From NCBI GenBank assembly GCA_004022145.1, contig RCNU01000003.1: DNA of 64,000 nt. The stretch is one strand, 5' to 3'. Positions within the stretch are counted from its first letter, which is position 1; every line of letters begins with the position of its first letter. The notes below the pieces were generated by a model. The model was given only the letters and a program-made list of their open reading frames with translations. It was not told the origin of the DNA and did not search any database. Shown piece by piece: positions 37,382 through 50,633 of the stretch. This stretch comes from Paecilomyces variotii (Eukaryota). Both the position numbers and the translations under genes were made by a program.

Positions 37382-40300
37382 ATGTCTTCTGATGGGATTC
37401 CGGAGCCCGACGACCTCCCAGATGCTCCTCCGCCTCATGATGCGGAAAAGGACCTAGATGAACAGTAAGTGGAGAGACTTTTTACCATTGTTCATATCCA
37501 GGCTTCATGGGTATTGATGTACCTGTCCTTCTAGATATCCCAATAGGCCTCACAATCACGCTCCGACACTACCCTTCCACGAGCTCTTCGAGACTCTCTT
37601 TAACCCGCTGAATGAACTTAAGAAGAAGCCCACAGGACCTGTTGCCGCACGTCGGAAAGCCGGACCTCATGGCCACAGTGCCCAGAATCTTTCACCACAA
37701 GAGAGGCGACGCGATGTCATCGAGCGCTTTATCGCCCGATGGAGGAAGGAGGTCGGAGACGATATATACCCCGCATTCCGGTTGATTATCCCGGAGAAGG
37801 ATCGCGACAGAGCCATGTATGGGTTGAAGGAAAAAGTCATCGGAAAGCTGCTCGTGAAGATTATGAAAATTGACAAGAACTCCGAAGATGGCTTCAATCT
37901 GCTCAATTGGAAAATCCCCGGCCAGTCGGCCGCGAGTCGCATGGCAGGTGACTTTGCGGGCCGATGCTACGAAGTGATCTCGAAAAGACCTATGAGGACA
38001 GAGGTCGGGAACATGCTGATAGAAGAAGTGAACGAGAGACTGGACAAGCTCGCTGCGGCCTCCAAGGAAGAACAGCAATTGCCCATCCTGGCGGAATTCT
38101 ACAGACGTATGAACCCGGAGGAGCTGATGTGGCTGATTCGAATGATCCTCCGGCAGATGAAAATCGGTGCTACGGAACGGACTCTTTTTGATGTCTGGCA
38201 TCCAGATGCAGAAAGTTTGTTTAGTATCTCCAGCAGCCTGCGTCGTGTGTGCTGGGAGCTCCATGATCCGAATATTCGCCTCGAAGCAGATGAAAGAGGT
38301 GTGACACTTATGCAGTGCTTCCAGCCCCAATTGGCACAATTCCAGATGCACTCATTCGAACGGATGGTAGAGCGGATGAGGCCCACTGAAGAAGACCCGA
38401 CATTTTGGATCGAAGAGAAACTGGATGGCGAACGTATGCAATTACACATGGCACCTGATGACACTGTGCAAGGAGGAAGGAGATTTGGTTTCTGGTCGAG
38501 GAAGGCAAAAGACTATACTTACCTTTATGGCAATGGTCTATATGATGAGAATGGTGCTTTGACAAGACACCTGAAAGATGCATTTGTGGATGGTGTGGAG
38601 AGTATCATCCTGGATGGTGAGATGATTACTTGGGATCCTGAACAAGATGCTCCTGTTCCATTTGGTACTCTGAAGACGGCGGCTTTATCAGAACAACGGA
38701 ACCCTTTCTCGTCAGGGCCGCGGCCGTTATTTCGGGTTTTTGATATATTATATCTCAACGGACAAGATCTAACAAGGTATACTCTCCGCGATCGTCGAAC
38801 AGCCTTGCAAAAAAGCATAAACCCTGTGCATCGCAGATTTGAAATACATCCATACGAGGAGGCCAGAAGTGCCGCAGAGATTGAGCCGTTACTGAGAAAA
38901 GTCGTTGAAGAGGCCTCTGAAGGATTGGTGCTTAAGAATCCCAGATCACCATATCGACTTAATGAACGCCATGATGATTGGATGAAAGTGAAGCCAGAGT
39001 ATATGACCGAGTTCGGAGAATCCCTCGATGTTGTTGTTATCGGTGGATACTACGGTTCTGGTCGCCGTGGCGGTGGGCTCTCAAGTTTCTTGTGTGGGCT
39101 AAGAGTTGATGATACTCACTCCCGAAGCTCTGGCCTGCCAAAATGCTACTCTTTCTGTAAGGTCGGTGGTGGTTTTACCGCTGCTGATTACGCCAACGTC
39201 CGACATCATACGGAAGGAAAATGGAAAGAATGGGATCCTAAAAAGCCACCGACGGAATTTATCGAGTTAGCAGGCGGAAATGCACAGCTCGAGAAGCCTG
39301 ATGTGTGGATCAGGCCAGACGAATCCATCGTTCTTTGCGTGAAGGCCGCATCGGTATCGGTCAGTGATAGTTTCCGAGCCGGTCTGACACTGCGATTCCC
39401 GCGATTCAAAAGGCTACGCATGGATAAGGACTGGAAGAGTGCACTCTCTGTTCAAGAGTTCCTGGATCTGAAAGCAAATGTCGAGCAGGAACGGAGAGAG
39501 AAGGAATTCACGGTCGACAACTCGCGCAGGAAACGGGTCAAAAGGACAACCAAGAAACCTCTCACAGTTGCAGGCTATGGTCCGGAAACAGAGCTCAAGT
39601 ATCAGGGCCCATCAGGAAAGGTGTTCGATGGACTGAATTTCTGTATGTTCACTCAAAGATCTCGATTGACATTTGGCCAAAGACTCACACCGCAGTCATC
39701 ATTACCGAATCTACGGAGCCGGAGAAAAAATCAAAAGTCGAACTTGAACAATTAGTGAAAGCAAATGGCGGAAAGGTCTACCAAACGAACACGGTAGCAT
39801 CCGATATCGTTTGCATTGCTGAGCGGAGTGCGTGGGTTCTTTCTTATTGTTTGTTCGTCACAGTGGTTCTGACACTACCACAGGAACGGTAAAAGTGGCA
39901 TCCATACAAAAGGGAGGCAAAGAGAACATCATCCGACCGAAGTGGCTCTTTGACTGTATCAAGCAGAATCAAGCTGACACCGGCCTATCCGATCTGATCT
40001 TGCCTTTAGAACCAAGGTCAGTAAAAGACCTCTACCGTACGCTGTTGGCGCTAATATTTTGTTAGGCACATGTTTTTCACCAAAGATGATGAAAAGGAGG
40101 CCATTGCTCAGAATATTGATGCTTTTGGAGATAGCTATGCCCGTGATACTTCGGTTGAGGAGCTAAGAGAGGTAAGCACGGCGGTGACAAGGAAAGAATT
40201 AGAAACCAATAACTCTTGAGTAGATATTCAACCAAATGAAAACACCTGAAAACGTCAAGTCATCGCAGATATCAAGGTTACTTGATCAACTGGATGTGCA

Positions 40301-40754
40301 GGTGCAGGAAAGCAGCCCAGGGGACGCTGCCGTCCCTTGTGGCTGGCTATTCAAAGGATTGACATTATACTTCAACCGATCCTCTGATGATGGAGGCTCT
40401 AATGTGTTACCCGAAAAAGAGAGTGGTGCCAGTCAGGCATATCACCTCCACGTGGCGACCAATCTTGCAAGATTTGGAGGAGCTAAGGTTGTTGACACAA
40501 TTGAGGACATGACGGTGACACATGCTGTTGTGTCTCCCGAAATTCCCGCTGCAGAGCTATCCGCCCTCCGGGGTTCACTGGCCAAGAAGATCGGAAGTAG
40601 GAAGATGCCACACTTAGTTACTGTTGGATGGGTTGAAGAGAGCTGGAAGGAGCGGACGTTGCTGGACGAGGATCGTAAGTTCTTTTGAAACACTTCGTGA
40701 CTGAGCAGCGGGCTGACCTTGACTTTCCCTTCATTTGCAGGATTCCACCCTTAA
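37382..40754 (+). CDS. lig4: DNA ligase IV (NHEJ) with C-terminal BRCT domains
   Basis: EEKLDGERMQLH (motif I), ILDGEM, EGLVLK, WMKVKPEY, TLRFPRF and two BRCT-like segments (FDGLNF..; HLVTVGWVEESW). Multiple introns. Confidence 0.95.
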
Positions 40755-42375
40755 ATGTCCAATTCTCTCGGTACGCAGAGTGCCGTTACTCTAGCCCTTC
40801 ATGACCTACAATGATACCCAAATTATTATAGTCCTTTTAGCTACCACTCTGTATTAGCAAAGACAAAGATGTCGCTAAGATGATCAGCTGTTAAACAAGC
40901 GTAACAATAAATGCATTATTACATAGTCGCACCAGCGTCTCTGCCCATTTAGCATGTCTAGCGCTGGAGATCTCGGCAGCACAAAGACAAAGGACATGCA
41001 TAGAATTGCGAACTGAGCGCAAAAGTGCCACCCTCCCTTTTCTTTCCTTTGTCTCTGTCGCACAAAGTATACTGACTTTCACTCCAACCATTCTCCTCTT
41101 TCTACCCGCTCATGCATCATCAAGGCCAATTCTCCCTAGAAAGCCACAAATTCAAGCGGAAACACGCCCTATAAATTGCCCGCTTATAATACTCAATGGC
41201 AGGCGGCAAATAACTAGCATCTAGTGCGCTATGTACTTGTTCATTCCTATAGGGCGGGGTTGTCCGGAAGTACTTCCAGTTAGTCTTGCAGGATGCATAA
41301 TACCCATGTGTTCCTGTTGCCGTGGGTTGTTGGACAATCCTGTCCCGTGTCATGGTCCAACCCGGCCAATATCGCGGTGAGCTTGCTGCTGCAGGAATCC
41401 CAGCGCTTAAACACCGTGATTCAACATATACATCACAGGTGTCCACAAGAATCCAGTTCCACAGCGCTTCCTTGGGCCCGGTCGATCGATAGGCTTCTTC
41501 AAGAACGCCTCACCGAAATAAGATTTTTTCCTGAAGAAAATCGTGAGAGACCAACAAGATTTGCTATCACACAATTAATAAAGTTCTCATTTCCCGGTCT
41601 TAAGGGAGACTGCAGTCCAACTGTCCAGTACTTTTGTCCTACTCTAAACGCCGCGACGACGCTAAGACCCGTGATGTTGCATCTCATCACGTTATGCTCT
41701 TCGAAGCAATGGAAACTAACACTATCGCCAAGGGCCTAGAAGCCCCGGTCAACCTAGCGCCAGTTCAGAGAAGCTAGACTAGACTATCTACCTATCTATG
41801 CCAAATATGCAAACTGTCCCTGGGCGAGAATAGGAAAGGCCCGTCAAATTTGACCGTTACTAATCGCAGAAAGTCAATTAACTGTTTACCTTCCAAGGAG
41901 ATGATCTTCGACTCGCCCTGGTCAGTTTAGCGTGTGACAGATAACGGTTGCCTGGCGGGATAATAATGAGATCTCCAAGTTTGTTTACGGAGTACACTAA
42001 GTACGGGCCGGATATGGAAACCGAATCATCGGTATTAGTTGCATAGACTTTCGGTTAGAATTATTGTTTTTCGGAAAACTGTAGTAGTGCCTCAATTGAG
42101 ATAATAATCGACTTGAAGAATTGAAACTTAGAATTGAATTTGCTGAATCAAAGTACCTGTACAAAATGAAACCACCAGTGATTTTTGAAAACAACATTTC
42201 CCGCCTCGAATGTACATAAAAATGCTCAGCAATTAGTTGTTGAAAGGAATGACAATGGGGAATTATAGACCTCCTGGTATAAATTATTATTTGCACTTGC
42301 GTAAAGCCAATTCCAAAAACATAAATGCAACGTATTCCGCCTCTGTGAATATAACTTCGATTCATTGCCTGAAAC

Positions 42376-43719
42376 TTAGACGCCATGGTGCCAGTTGCCG
42401 CTCTCGACAACTTGCATGTCGGTCTCGACTTTGATCGAATTGAGTGGGATCTCGTCGTTAGAGATGTTTTTCGCTTCAGGCCACGCCTTGAACTTTGATG
42501 GAGCAGGGAAGGTTCCGCTGTAAGTTGCTGGGATACCGGGAGTTCGGGAGGCTGAATGGCTGGTTCCGACTTGGCTCCCCATTCCAATTACTCTCATGAA
42601 GCTGGTCAAGAGTGGTCGCATGGTGGGTAGGCAAGCACTGATCAGGGCTGTAGAGACTTCGACGTGGGACCAAGTCGTTGGGTTTTTGAGGGTATCTGGA
42701 GTGCGTTAGAAAGGAAGTGTACATTGTAGAATACGTAGATAAAGCAGGCAGGGGTCTCACAGGAAAGATTGTTCTGGTCCAGTTGCAGTACCTGGACAAG
42801 ACGGTAGATACTGGCGACGATAACGCTAGACGATGCTCTGTCAGTAATCTGGTGTGTATACTTACCCGCTGGGGGAAGGGGATATAACTCACAAACAACC
42901 CAAGAAGAAGATTCCAAGCAAAGAAATACGCTGCACCATTCGAATGTGAAGTTTCCATATGTTGTATATTGGCATTACCAGGATCACAACATCGGTGACG
43001 ATATTCGGTACCGCATTGCCGATGAATGTACCCCGCATGTTCCAGCAATGTCCGGAGAGTAACGGGTCCCAGGCTTTCGCAATCGGATGGCATTGGAACA
43101 AGATCAAAAAGACGAAGATGAGCGTCCAACAACAGGTGATGATACCGATGATCCATGCACCAACGCGGAATCTTCGGAGTGCGAAGACACGGCAGTACAT
43201 GAGGAGGATGGAGATTTTGATCAGGGCGAGGTTGACGATGTAGACGATCTCATCCCCGAAAATAGCCTTTCGTTGTTGATGTCAGTGGATTTGTTTCGTG
43301 TAACCTCGACTGGCACCTTACCTTGGCTATCCATGTCAGGTTGCCCGCGGTGAGTTCTGATGCTTGCAGTCCCAATCCGTTTACGACCACTGTGTTTGCA
43401 GTTAGTGGATAGAGTCATACAGAATATATACTTGTGTAACTTACTGATAAGATTCAACGCCAAATTGATAAATAATATCAACTGGGATCGTGGTTACACG
43501 GTCAGTGCCAATCTTTCTGGTCGAAGATAGAATTCAACTGACCAGACCCCCAAGACTCAACCAATCGTCCAACCCAATACCAGCTGCCGACTTCAATCGT
43601 GCCCAGAATCGAAATACCACACTAATTACAGCCAGAATCGTGAAAGTCAGGTCAATGGCAAGGACTTGATTCTTCATCACGACATCGGCGTGGGTCGGAT
43701 ACGAGACGGCAGAACCCAT
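42376..43719 (-). CDS. PTH11-like (rhodopsin-domain) integral membrane protein without CFEM
   Basis: RFWARLK..GLDDWL, LIKISILLMYCRVF, FQCHPIAKAWD, NIVTDVVILVMPI and ISACLPTMRPL. Five introns. Confidence 0.88.
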
Positions 43720-45359
43720 CTTGTGTGAATGAAAACAGCAAACGTTATGCCGTAGGTATAATCTGGTGAAAGTAAAAGGAGAAGTGGATGATGACTATTA
43801 TTGACTTGATGCTCCACGGACACTCAACTATACCGACCCACGAGAGCGGGAAGAAACTGGCCGTCTTTATGGAATTCCCAGTGCGCCGGTTACTAGAGAG
43901 GAATCTCAAGACACATATTGATCCAGGAGTACTCGCTCTAAGCAGAACATAGTAACTGCTGGATGGGTGTGTGTCGAGACCGTGACTACTTTCTAGGATC
44001 TACAGCCAAAATACATGACAAGGGATCTGATCGCATACTATGATCTCCCCGGTTCTGGATCCAGAGACAAGGGAAGTCGCCTTCCTCTTCCAGGGGCATC
44101 ACTTCAAATGCAGGAGAGTGCTCGTATATCACATTTCCCGAACAGATCTTGCGTGAAGCCAGAAGGTGCGGAAGTACGTCTAATGAAATTCCCTGTAGGT
44201 TTCCATCCCCGGTTAGATGTAGCGTGCATGGGTCCAAAACCTCTCAAAGAACGCCACATCGCAGGAGACGCTAGCTCCTAGCATGGTGCCAACCTCGCTA
44301 GTCTACAAGTTTCTATTGACCTGCGAGTGTGATGCCCAGTAGGAAACATGGGGATGACGCGCCAGTACGATAGACGAGGTTGTCAGGACCTAGTATCGGC
44401 TGCCAGACGGCGGCGTAAGCGACTACGTGCGGAGATGCATGCGCCGAAAATGTATTAAGTGCCTAGAGGTAATTCAGAACTCAGGATAATGAGCACGTTC
44501 CCCTCCAATAAGGCTGATCCAAATCCCGGATAAAGGGCATGTATTACCTGCTCTGGCTGAATGGAGCTAGCATGCATTGTTAGCCTGTTCCTTGGAGATT
44601 TTTTTTTTATTATTCTTGAGCAATGCTTTCAAGGTTTATGCCTCCCAGAACATGACCCGATTATTGGGAGTACTTTTGACTTTGAGCGCCACGTACGTGG
44701 GACACGCAGACCTCCCTGGGTGCCGGTTGGCTTAATTCCATATACTAAGGGGGGCTTGGACGATACAAAAAAGAGGCCAGGACCGTCCTCTCATGGGCTG
44801 TTATATGCACATTTGGTGTAGAGGGGCTCAAACTCGAATCCAGATGAAACGGAGTATACGGAATCCCACCAAGGTTTACGTCTGTGCATCACCTGGTTCC
44901 CATGGATGTGTCCCTATCCCATCTTCCATCCCCCGATGCCATGATCTCCCAGTGTCCTGAGAGTACGGAGCAGGTGGTCAGTCTGTATCTCGCCACGCGA
45001 CCCGCTTGGCGTGACCCCAAGTATGCACCTAATTAGTTTGGCGGAGGAAGATCAGAATTGCGCATATGGTAGAAAGTCGATTACTTCAAACGGGCAGCAC
45101 TCAATTTGTCCATGTCTGTGCTTGTTATCTGGTGTAAGCGCTGACATGGGCGGCCACATGGCATGTTCACCCCCTTTTGACGGCATGTTTTGTGGTATAA
45201 ATCTCACTATAGTTGTTGTCGACCCCCGTCCTGCGGGCAAGATTTCATGGGCAAAAGTACATTACTTTGCTATCTGAACACCTCTATACTTCATAGATAC
45301 ATTGAGACCGGCAAGAAAGGGACTATACTAAAGTGAAACTTCGAACCAACAAGCCGAAC

Positions 45360-46441
45360 ATGGGTGTCCAGATTCTCCGCGTGCCACATCTCGGTGGAAT
45401 CGATGTCGCTTACCAGATGCCACATGGCTATGACCGGAAGAAGCCGACTTTATTGATGATTCATTCGTTTATGGCGACCTCTGATCAGTACCTTCCTCAA
45501 TTTGGTGACAAGGAGCTTGCGGACGCCGTGAATCTCATCGCGGTGGAGCTACTCGGCCATGGACAGACACGCACCAAATGCGAGAACTATACCTATTGGG
45601 ACTCGGCCTACATGGTGGTCCAGCTTCTTGATGCCCTGACCATTAGCAAGTTCTATGCGCTTGGAACCAGTCAAGGGGGCTGGATTGCGGCCAGACTCGC
45701 CTTGCTTGCTCCCACCAGAGTGGGTAACCCATGTTCGTCTTTTTGATTAGAGTGCATTAGACTAACACGCCGTGTGAATCTAGGTCCAAGGAATCATTCC
45801 CCTGGGAACGTCTATGGACTCCGAATCGGAACGATCCCGAAACCTCGGATGCTGGGACGTAAGACCGATTGGAGAACCGATCATCCATCAATTGACCGTT
45901 GAGGCTCCGGCCCCTGATTTTGAGCTCACCGAGCAGTTCTGCAACCTCTTGATCGACATGGGATTTGGAAGGGAAATCGATACCACCATCCGGCAGACTC
46001 TGATCAAGGGGGTTCAGGAGAACTATCGACATGATGATGGCAGAAAGAGGGCCCGGATGTCTATGATCAATCTCAGCGATAGAGACGGTTTGCACGGAAG
46101 ACTCGCCGATGTGATGTGTTCTGTCCTCTGGCTCCACGTAAGTCTGCCCATTATTACCTCGAAAGAAGGTACAACAGGCTCATTTCCGGCAGGGTACTTC
46201 TGATCCAGTTTACTCGGTTGCGAACGCCCAAGAGACAATCAAGCTGTTCACTCAATCTCCGAAGGCGACTGTCGAAGTGATCCAGGGTGGCCAGCATTTC
46301 CTAAGTGCCTCCCATCCTGCTGAAGTGGATGCGGCAGTGCTTTCGTTCATCAAAGAAACCCAATTTGAGCGTCATGAAGCCCCGCGCGATCTGCCTCTCG
46401 ATGCGCCGTTCAAGCGCCTCATGCTGCAGAGTCGCTCCTGA
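45360..46441 (+). CDS. Alpha/beta hydrolase
   Basis: LLGHGQT, nucleophile elbow GTSQGG, HGTSD and GGQHFL give a Ser-Asp-His triad. Two introns. Confidence 0.88.
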
Positions 46442-47399
46442 TTTTGGGTTATCACAGAAGAAATGCCCTTTCCAGTCGCGGGTGCAGAGGGGAGTCATAG
46501 TAGACTGGCTACGGCGTCTCTCGAATATATCTGTAATGATGGTTTAGCTGTCTTCTTTTCGCTCGCTTTTTCGTCATTTCCATCATGCTGAATATTCTTT
46601 TTCACTGTTTTCATACACAATACTTAGCAGAATTCCACACAATTTTGGGGTCTTTTCACCTTGGCTATTTCAACACCACCTGCCAAAAGTAGGTAGGCTA
46701 ATGCTGAAGCCCATCTCAGATCGAGGAATTTCCTCGACGACGTCCTGTTCAAGTAGTGTATAGCAATAGTAACAAGGATGCCGATCGCACACGGTGTCAG
46801 AGCTTAGCTATAATTAACCCCTGGCTAGGATCTGGAAAGACAAGCCGCACGAGCCAGTGTGACATTGAGCCGCGTCTTCCCGGTTCCCCGGCGCCTCACT
46901 TTGATCGATTTTCTCCACGCCATCCTGGCCATCCCCCGCCGAACTCAGCACATGCATGGACTCTGTGTCATGTGTGTCAACATCTCAATCACAAACTAAC
47001 TTAGTTGTTGTTTCAAGAGGCCATCCTTGCCGCTACGGAACTTTCCGGCCGATTGTCGCACATAGCTTCAGAGAGGTCCTTGAGTTTTGCGAGAGTCAAT
47101 TGTGATAGTGAACGACCTTATGTAGAGTTTGATACGAAGCTATGTCATGGAAGGAAAGCACAGTAGCTAGAAGGGAAGAATTGACGGGAAAGCCACGCAA
47201 TTGTAGACGCAGACATTGATTGTAATATTGATATTAATATCGTCGGGACGACAGCAGCGATATGTCCGGAATGACGGCATACTTTGCTTCTGTCGGCCAT
47301 TGTTTTATTGTACTTCCTAATTTGGGTAGTAGTCTGATATATCTTCGCTTATGTATGAAGTGATGGGATATGAGCTCGTTAACTACATGCTGGTTTGGT

Positions 47400-49338
47400 T
47401 CAATTCTTGTTGTCCTCTTTGATCAGATCAGCCGCCTTCTCTGCAACTGCAAAGACGGTCGCTTGGATATTTCCCGTCGGCTCTAAGGGGAAGACGCTCG
47501 CGTCCACAACGCGCAGATTCTTTGTCCCATGGACGACCAACCGGTCGTTCACCACGCCGCCGAGCTCTTTGGGCAGCATGGCACAGGTCCCCGCCGGATG
47601 GAAACAGGTGAAGAGACGGTCCTTGACAACTTTCTTGGCCAGTTCCAGGTCTTCGAAGCCCGCGGCAGCCTCCTCAGGGATCCGACTCGATGGGCTCTTC
47701 AGCAGAGTCGAGAATGGGGCTGTCTGGACGATCTGCTCCAGATACTGTGTGTGGCGCGCCAGGACCTCAAGGTCGATCGGCTGAGAGAGATAGTTAGGAT
47801 CGAAGACAGGCTTCGCCAGCGGATCGGCGGAGCGGATGTGAACCGATCCTCGCGAGAAGGGGTGATTATTCAGGATGAGGATGCTGATATAGTTGCCTGG
47901 AAGAGCTGGAGCGAGTAGCTCACCCATGGTTGTCTTCCCTTGCTGCATGCGGAGTTGGGCTGGCAGGAAGAGATATTCAGCCGTTGATGATTTCGCGTCA
48001 ACAAATGTCTGGCGCTGAACCTCGTACTGTCTCTTAATCCCGGGATGGTCTGCGGGTGTATGCAAATGTTCTTGCACCAACTTCTCGGCCACATCCTTGC
48101 TCACGATGCCATTTCGGTCAACTAGCGGCAGATATGCAATACTTAGAGGCATGCCACAGAGCGGACCGGACTGGGACTCTTGATACGATTTGATCGCAGA
48201 CTGCAGTAAATTCGGATCTCGCAGGAGATCTCCTGAGGCTTGACCATCGGCGATCTCAAAACTGACTGCGGCAAGGCAATGGTCTTGCAGGTTCTCTCCG
48301 ACCCTAGGATTGCTGATGACGACGGGAATACCGTGTTTGTTGAGAATCTCCTCTTGTCCAATGCCTGAAAGCTCCAGGATCTGAGGTGTATTGATGGAGC
48401 CGGCAGACAGGATGACCTCTCTCCTGGCAGAGATCTGGTGGTGCTCTCCTTCCTTGGTCAGCACCTGCACGTCCGTTGCCGAAATCGAACCATCACTTCC
48501 CTTTTTCAGAAGGACTTTTTCCACATGTGTCTCTGTCAACAACTGCAGATTCGGCCTCCGTGCCACATCGGAGCTATAATAAGCCGTTGCATACGCGCGG
48601 GCCCTGGTTTTGGGATCGATGGACAAGGGACATGCGAAGGCCCCGTGCTTCTCTCCCTTAATGGGATCGTCTGAATTTGACTGCCAACCCAACACATCAA
48701 ACGTCTTCTGCCAAGACTGGTTTAATGGGCCGTAGATATCGGGGAAAGTCACTGGGAGGGGTCCATCGGCACCTTGGCTCTTAGGATCCATATAGTCCAG
48801 CGATAGGAGAGCGGCTGTTTCGGAACTAGGTGCAGAGTAGGTATGAAACTTGCGTAGATATGGCGCAAGGTCGTCTGCTGTCCATCCTTTGTTCCCCAGC
48901 TCCGACCATGAGTCAAAATCTCTTCGGTAGGGATACAGAATGGCGGAGAAATTGATCGCACTGGAACCGCCAAGCACCTTACCTCGTGGTTGTGGGATCT
49001 GCCTCCCATTGACATGTTTCTGCGCATCCCCTGTTAGAAGCCCCAGCACGCGGCACAATTTTGTTGGGGGAACCCGGGCATCTCACCTGAGGCTCACTTA
49101 TATAATCCCAGTCATAGTTGGGATCGCCGTATAGAGTGCCCAGGAAACCAGGCGTATCGATTCTGGCGTCTCCCGTACGATTGGCGCCGGCTTCAATAAG
49201 CAGAACTGTCTTGGTGGCATCATCACTTAAGCGACGGGCCACTACTAGGCCCCCGATGCCACCGCCGACGACGATATAGTCAAATTGACGGACACTAAGA
49301 GCCTCAATAGATGAGGTGGATGGAATATGATCGGCCAT
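47400..49338 (-). CDS. GMC oxidoreductase (FAD), apparently intracellular
   Basis: FDYIVVGGGIGG, RGKVLGGSSAIN, EVILSAGSINTPQILELSGIG, VGENLQDH, FHPAGTC, LRVVDAS and GNIQA. One intron. Confidence 0.93.
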
Positions 49339-50633
49339 AATGCTCCTGTAATAGGTGAATGGAGTTGAAACAGCTTGAAGAGGAGAACTGGGGTGTGGAA
49401 TGGTAATGGGTAAGTCTGTCACAAATTGTCAGACCACACGGCACCTTAAAAAGGGCCAGAATCGTTATCTGGTTTGGAGCAGGTTAACTGACAGCAATAG
49501 TACAAACTGCAATGCACCTATTAAGTCACGTCATGCTCAGGATATACGGGACCGCGGTGCACAATTTGCATGAGAAACCAGCCATGGGGGGAAGGGAACC
49601 CAGCTTTTCGGGGGGAAGAAAAAAATGATTCACTATCTCCAGCTAGCATGACGTGGCAGCATCGCTATTAACTTACTGTTGCGCTATAATTGTTTGACTT
49701 CTAGGGAACAATAATTTAGATAACGGCCTGAGCGTCGAGCTAACGTTACTGTCAGTAAGTTACATATATGCCTGCCGCCTTCAATGTGGCTGAATAGGCT
49801 GATTGGACCATCTTAGAAGATACTGTTTCAAGGGGTTGTGCAGGAGGTACGGACAGAATCCCGACACCAGATAATTAATGCTTGTATAGAGCATGATTCC
49901 GTCAACTGTGCCGCAGGAGTGGGGAAAGATCCACTGATCAATATATTGGATGTTAACTAAGTTTCCGGCCCGTTGAACATTAGAACCCGTGAATGTTGCT
50001 AGATTAATAGTAGCACATTAGGCCCCTAAGACTAATCTAACTTATGAAGTCTCTTGGCAGTCAATACAGTCTCCGCATTAAACATGGGTGCCATCCGAGC
50101 TCACCCCTCTGTTATTAAGCCCTGATACTTAGACAAGGACTCTAGATTCTAAGCCATTTGACCTAATAAAATAGCCTATTTCAGGGCGGATTCGAATCTA
50201 AGACCTTGATTGTATAATGTGGTAACTTGTCAGGACCTTGCCGCTTGGCGTGGCGGCTGGGTGGATCTAAACTGAAGTGGAAATTTTAGGCACAGGCCGT
50301 CCGGCTCGGGATGAGCCTATTATTTAGGACTCTTGGCTTAATCAAGATATACTCGTGTCCGCAATTTTCAAGCCGTTGGAATAACGACGTGACACACGCC
50401 ACTAGAGAAGATTCTGCTAGCCTTAACTACGCATAGCATGGCTAATTTTAAGGTCTTTTTTGGATGATCTAGATCGGTTCGGCCTCGGGCTAGTTTTGAG
50501 CTTCTGACAAGATGCTCCCAATATGTACTGTCTCACTGCCTCTCGATAATTACTATTCTGCCCGGTCTTTCATGAAAATTTCCCAATGTAGTTCTCGTCC
50601 AAACTAGGCTGAGCCATATGATTGTTTGTAAAG

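Noticed and set aside
46721-46737. Palindrome TCGAGGAA-T-TTCCTCGA
   Set aside because: Short, lies between convergent 3' ends, and is compatible with chance in 64 kb.
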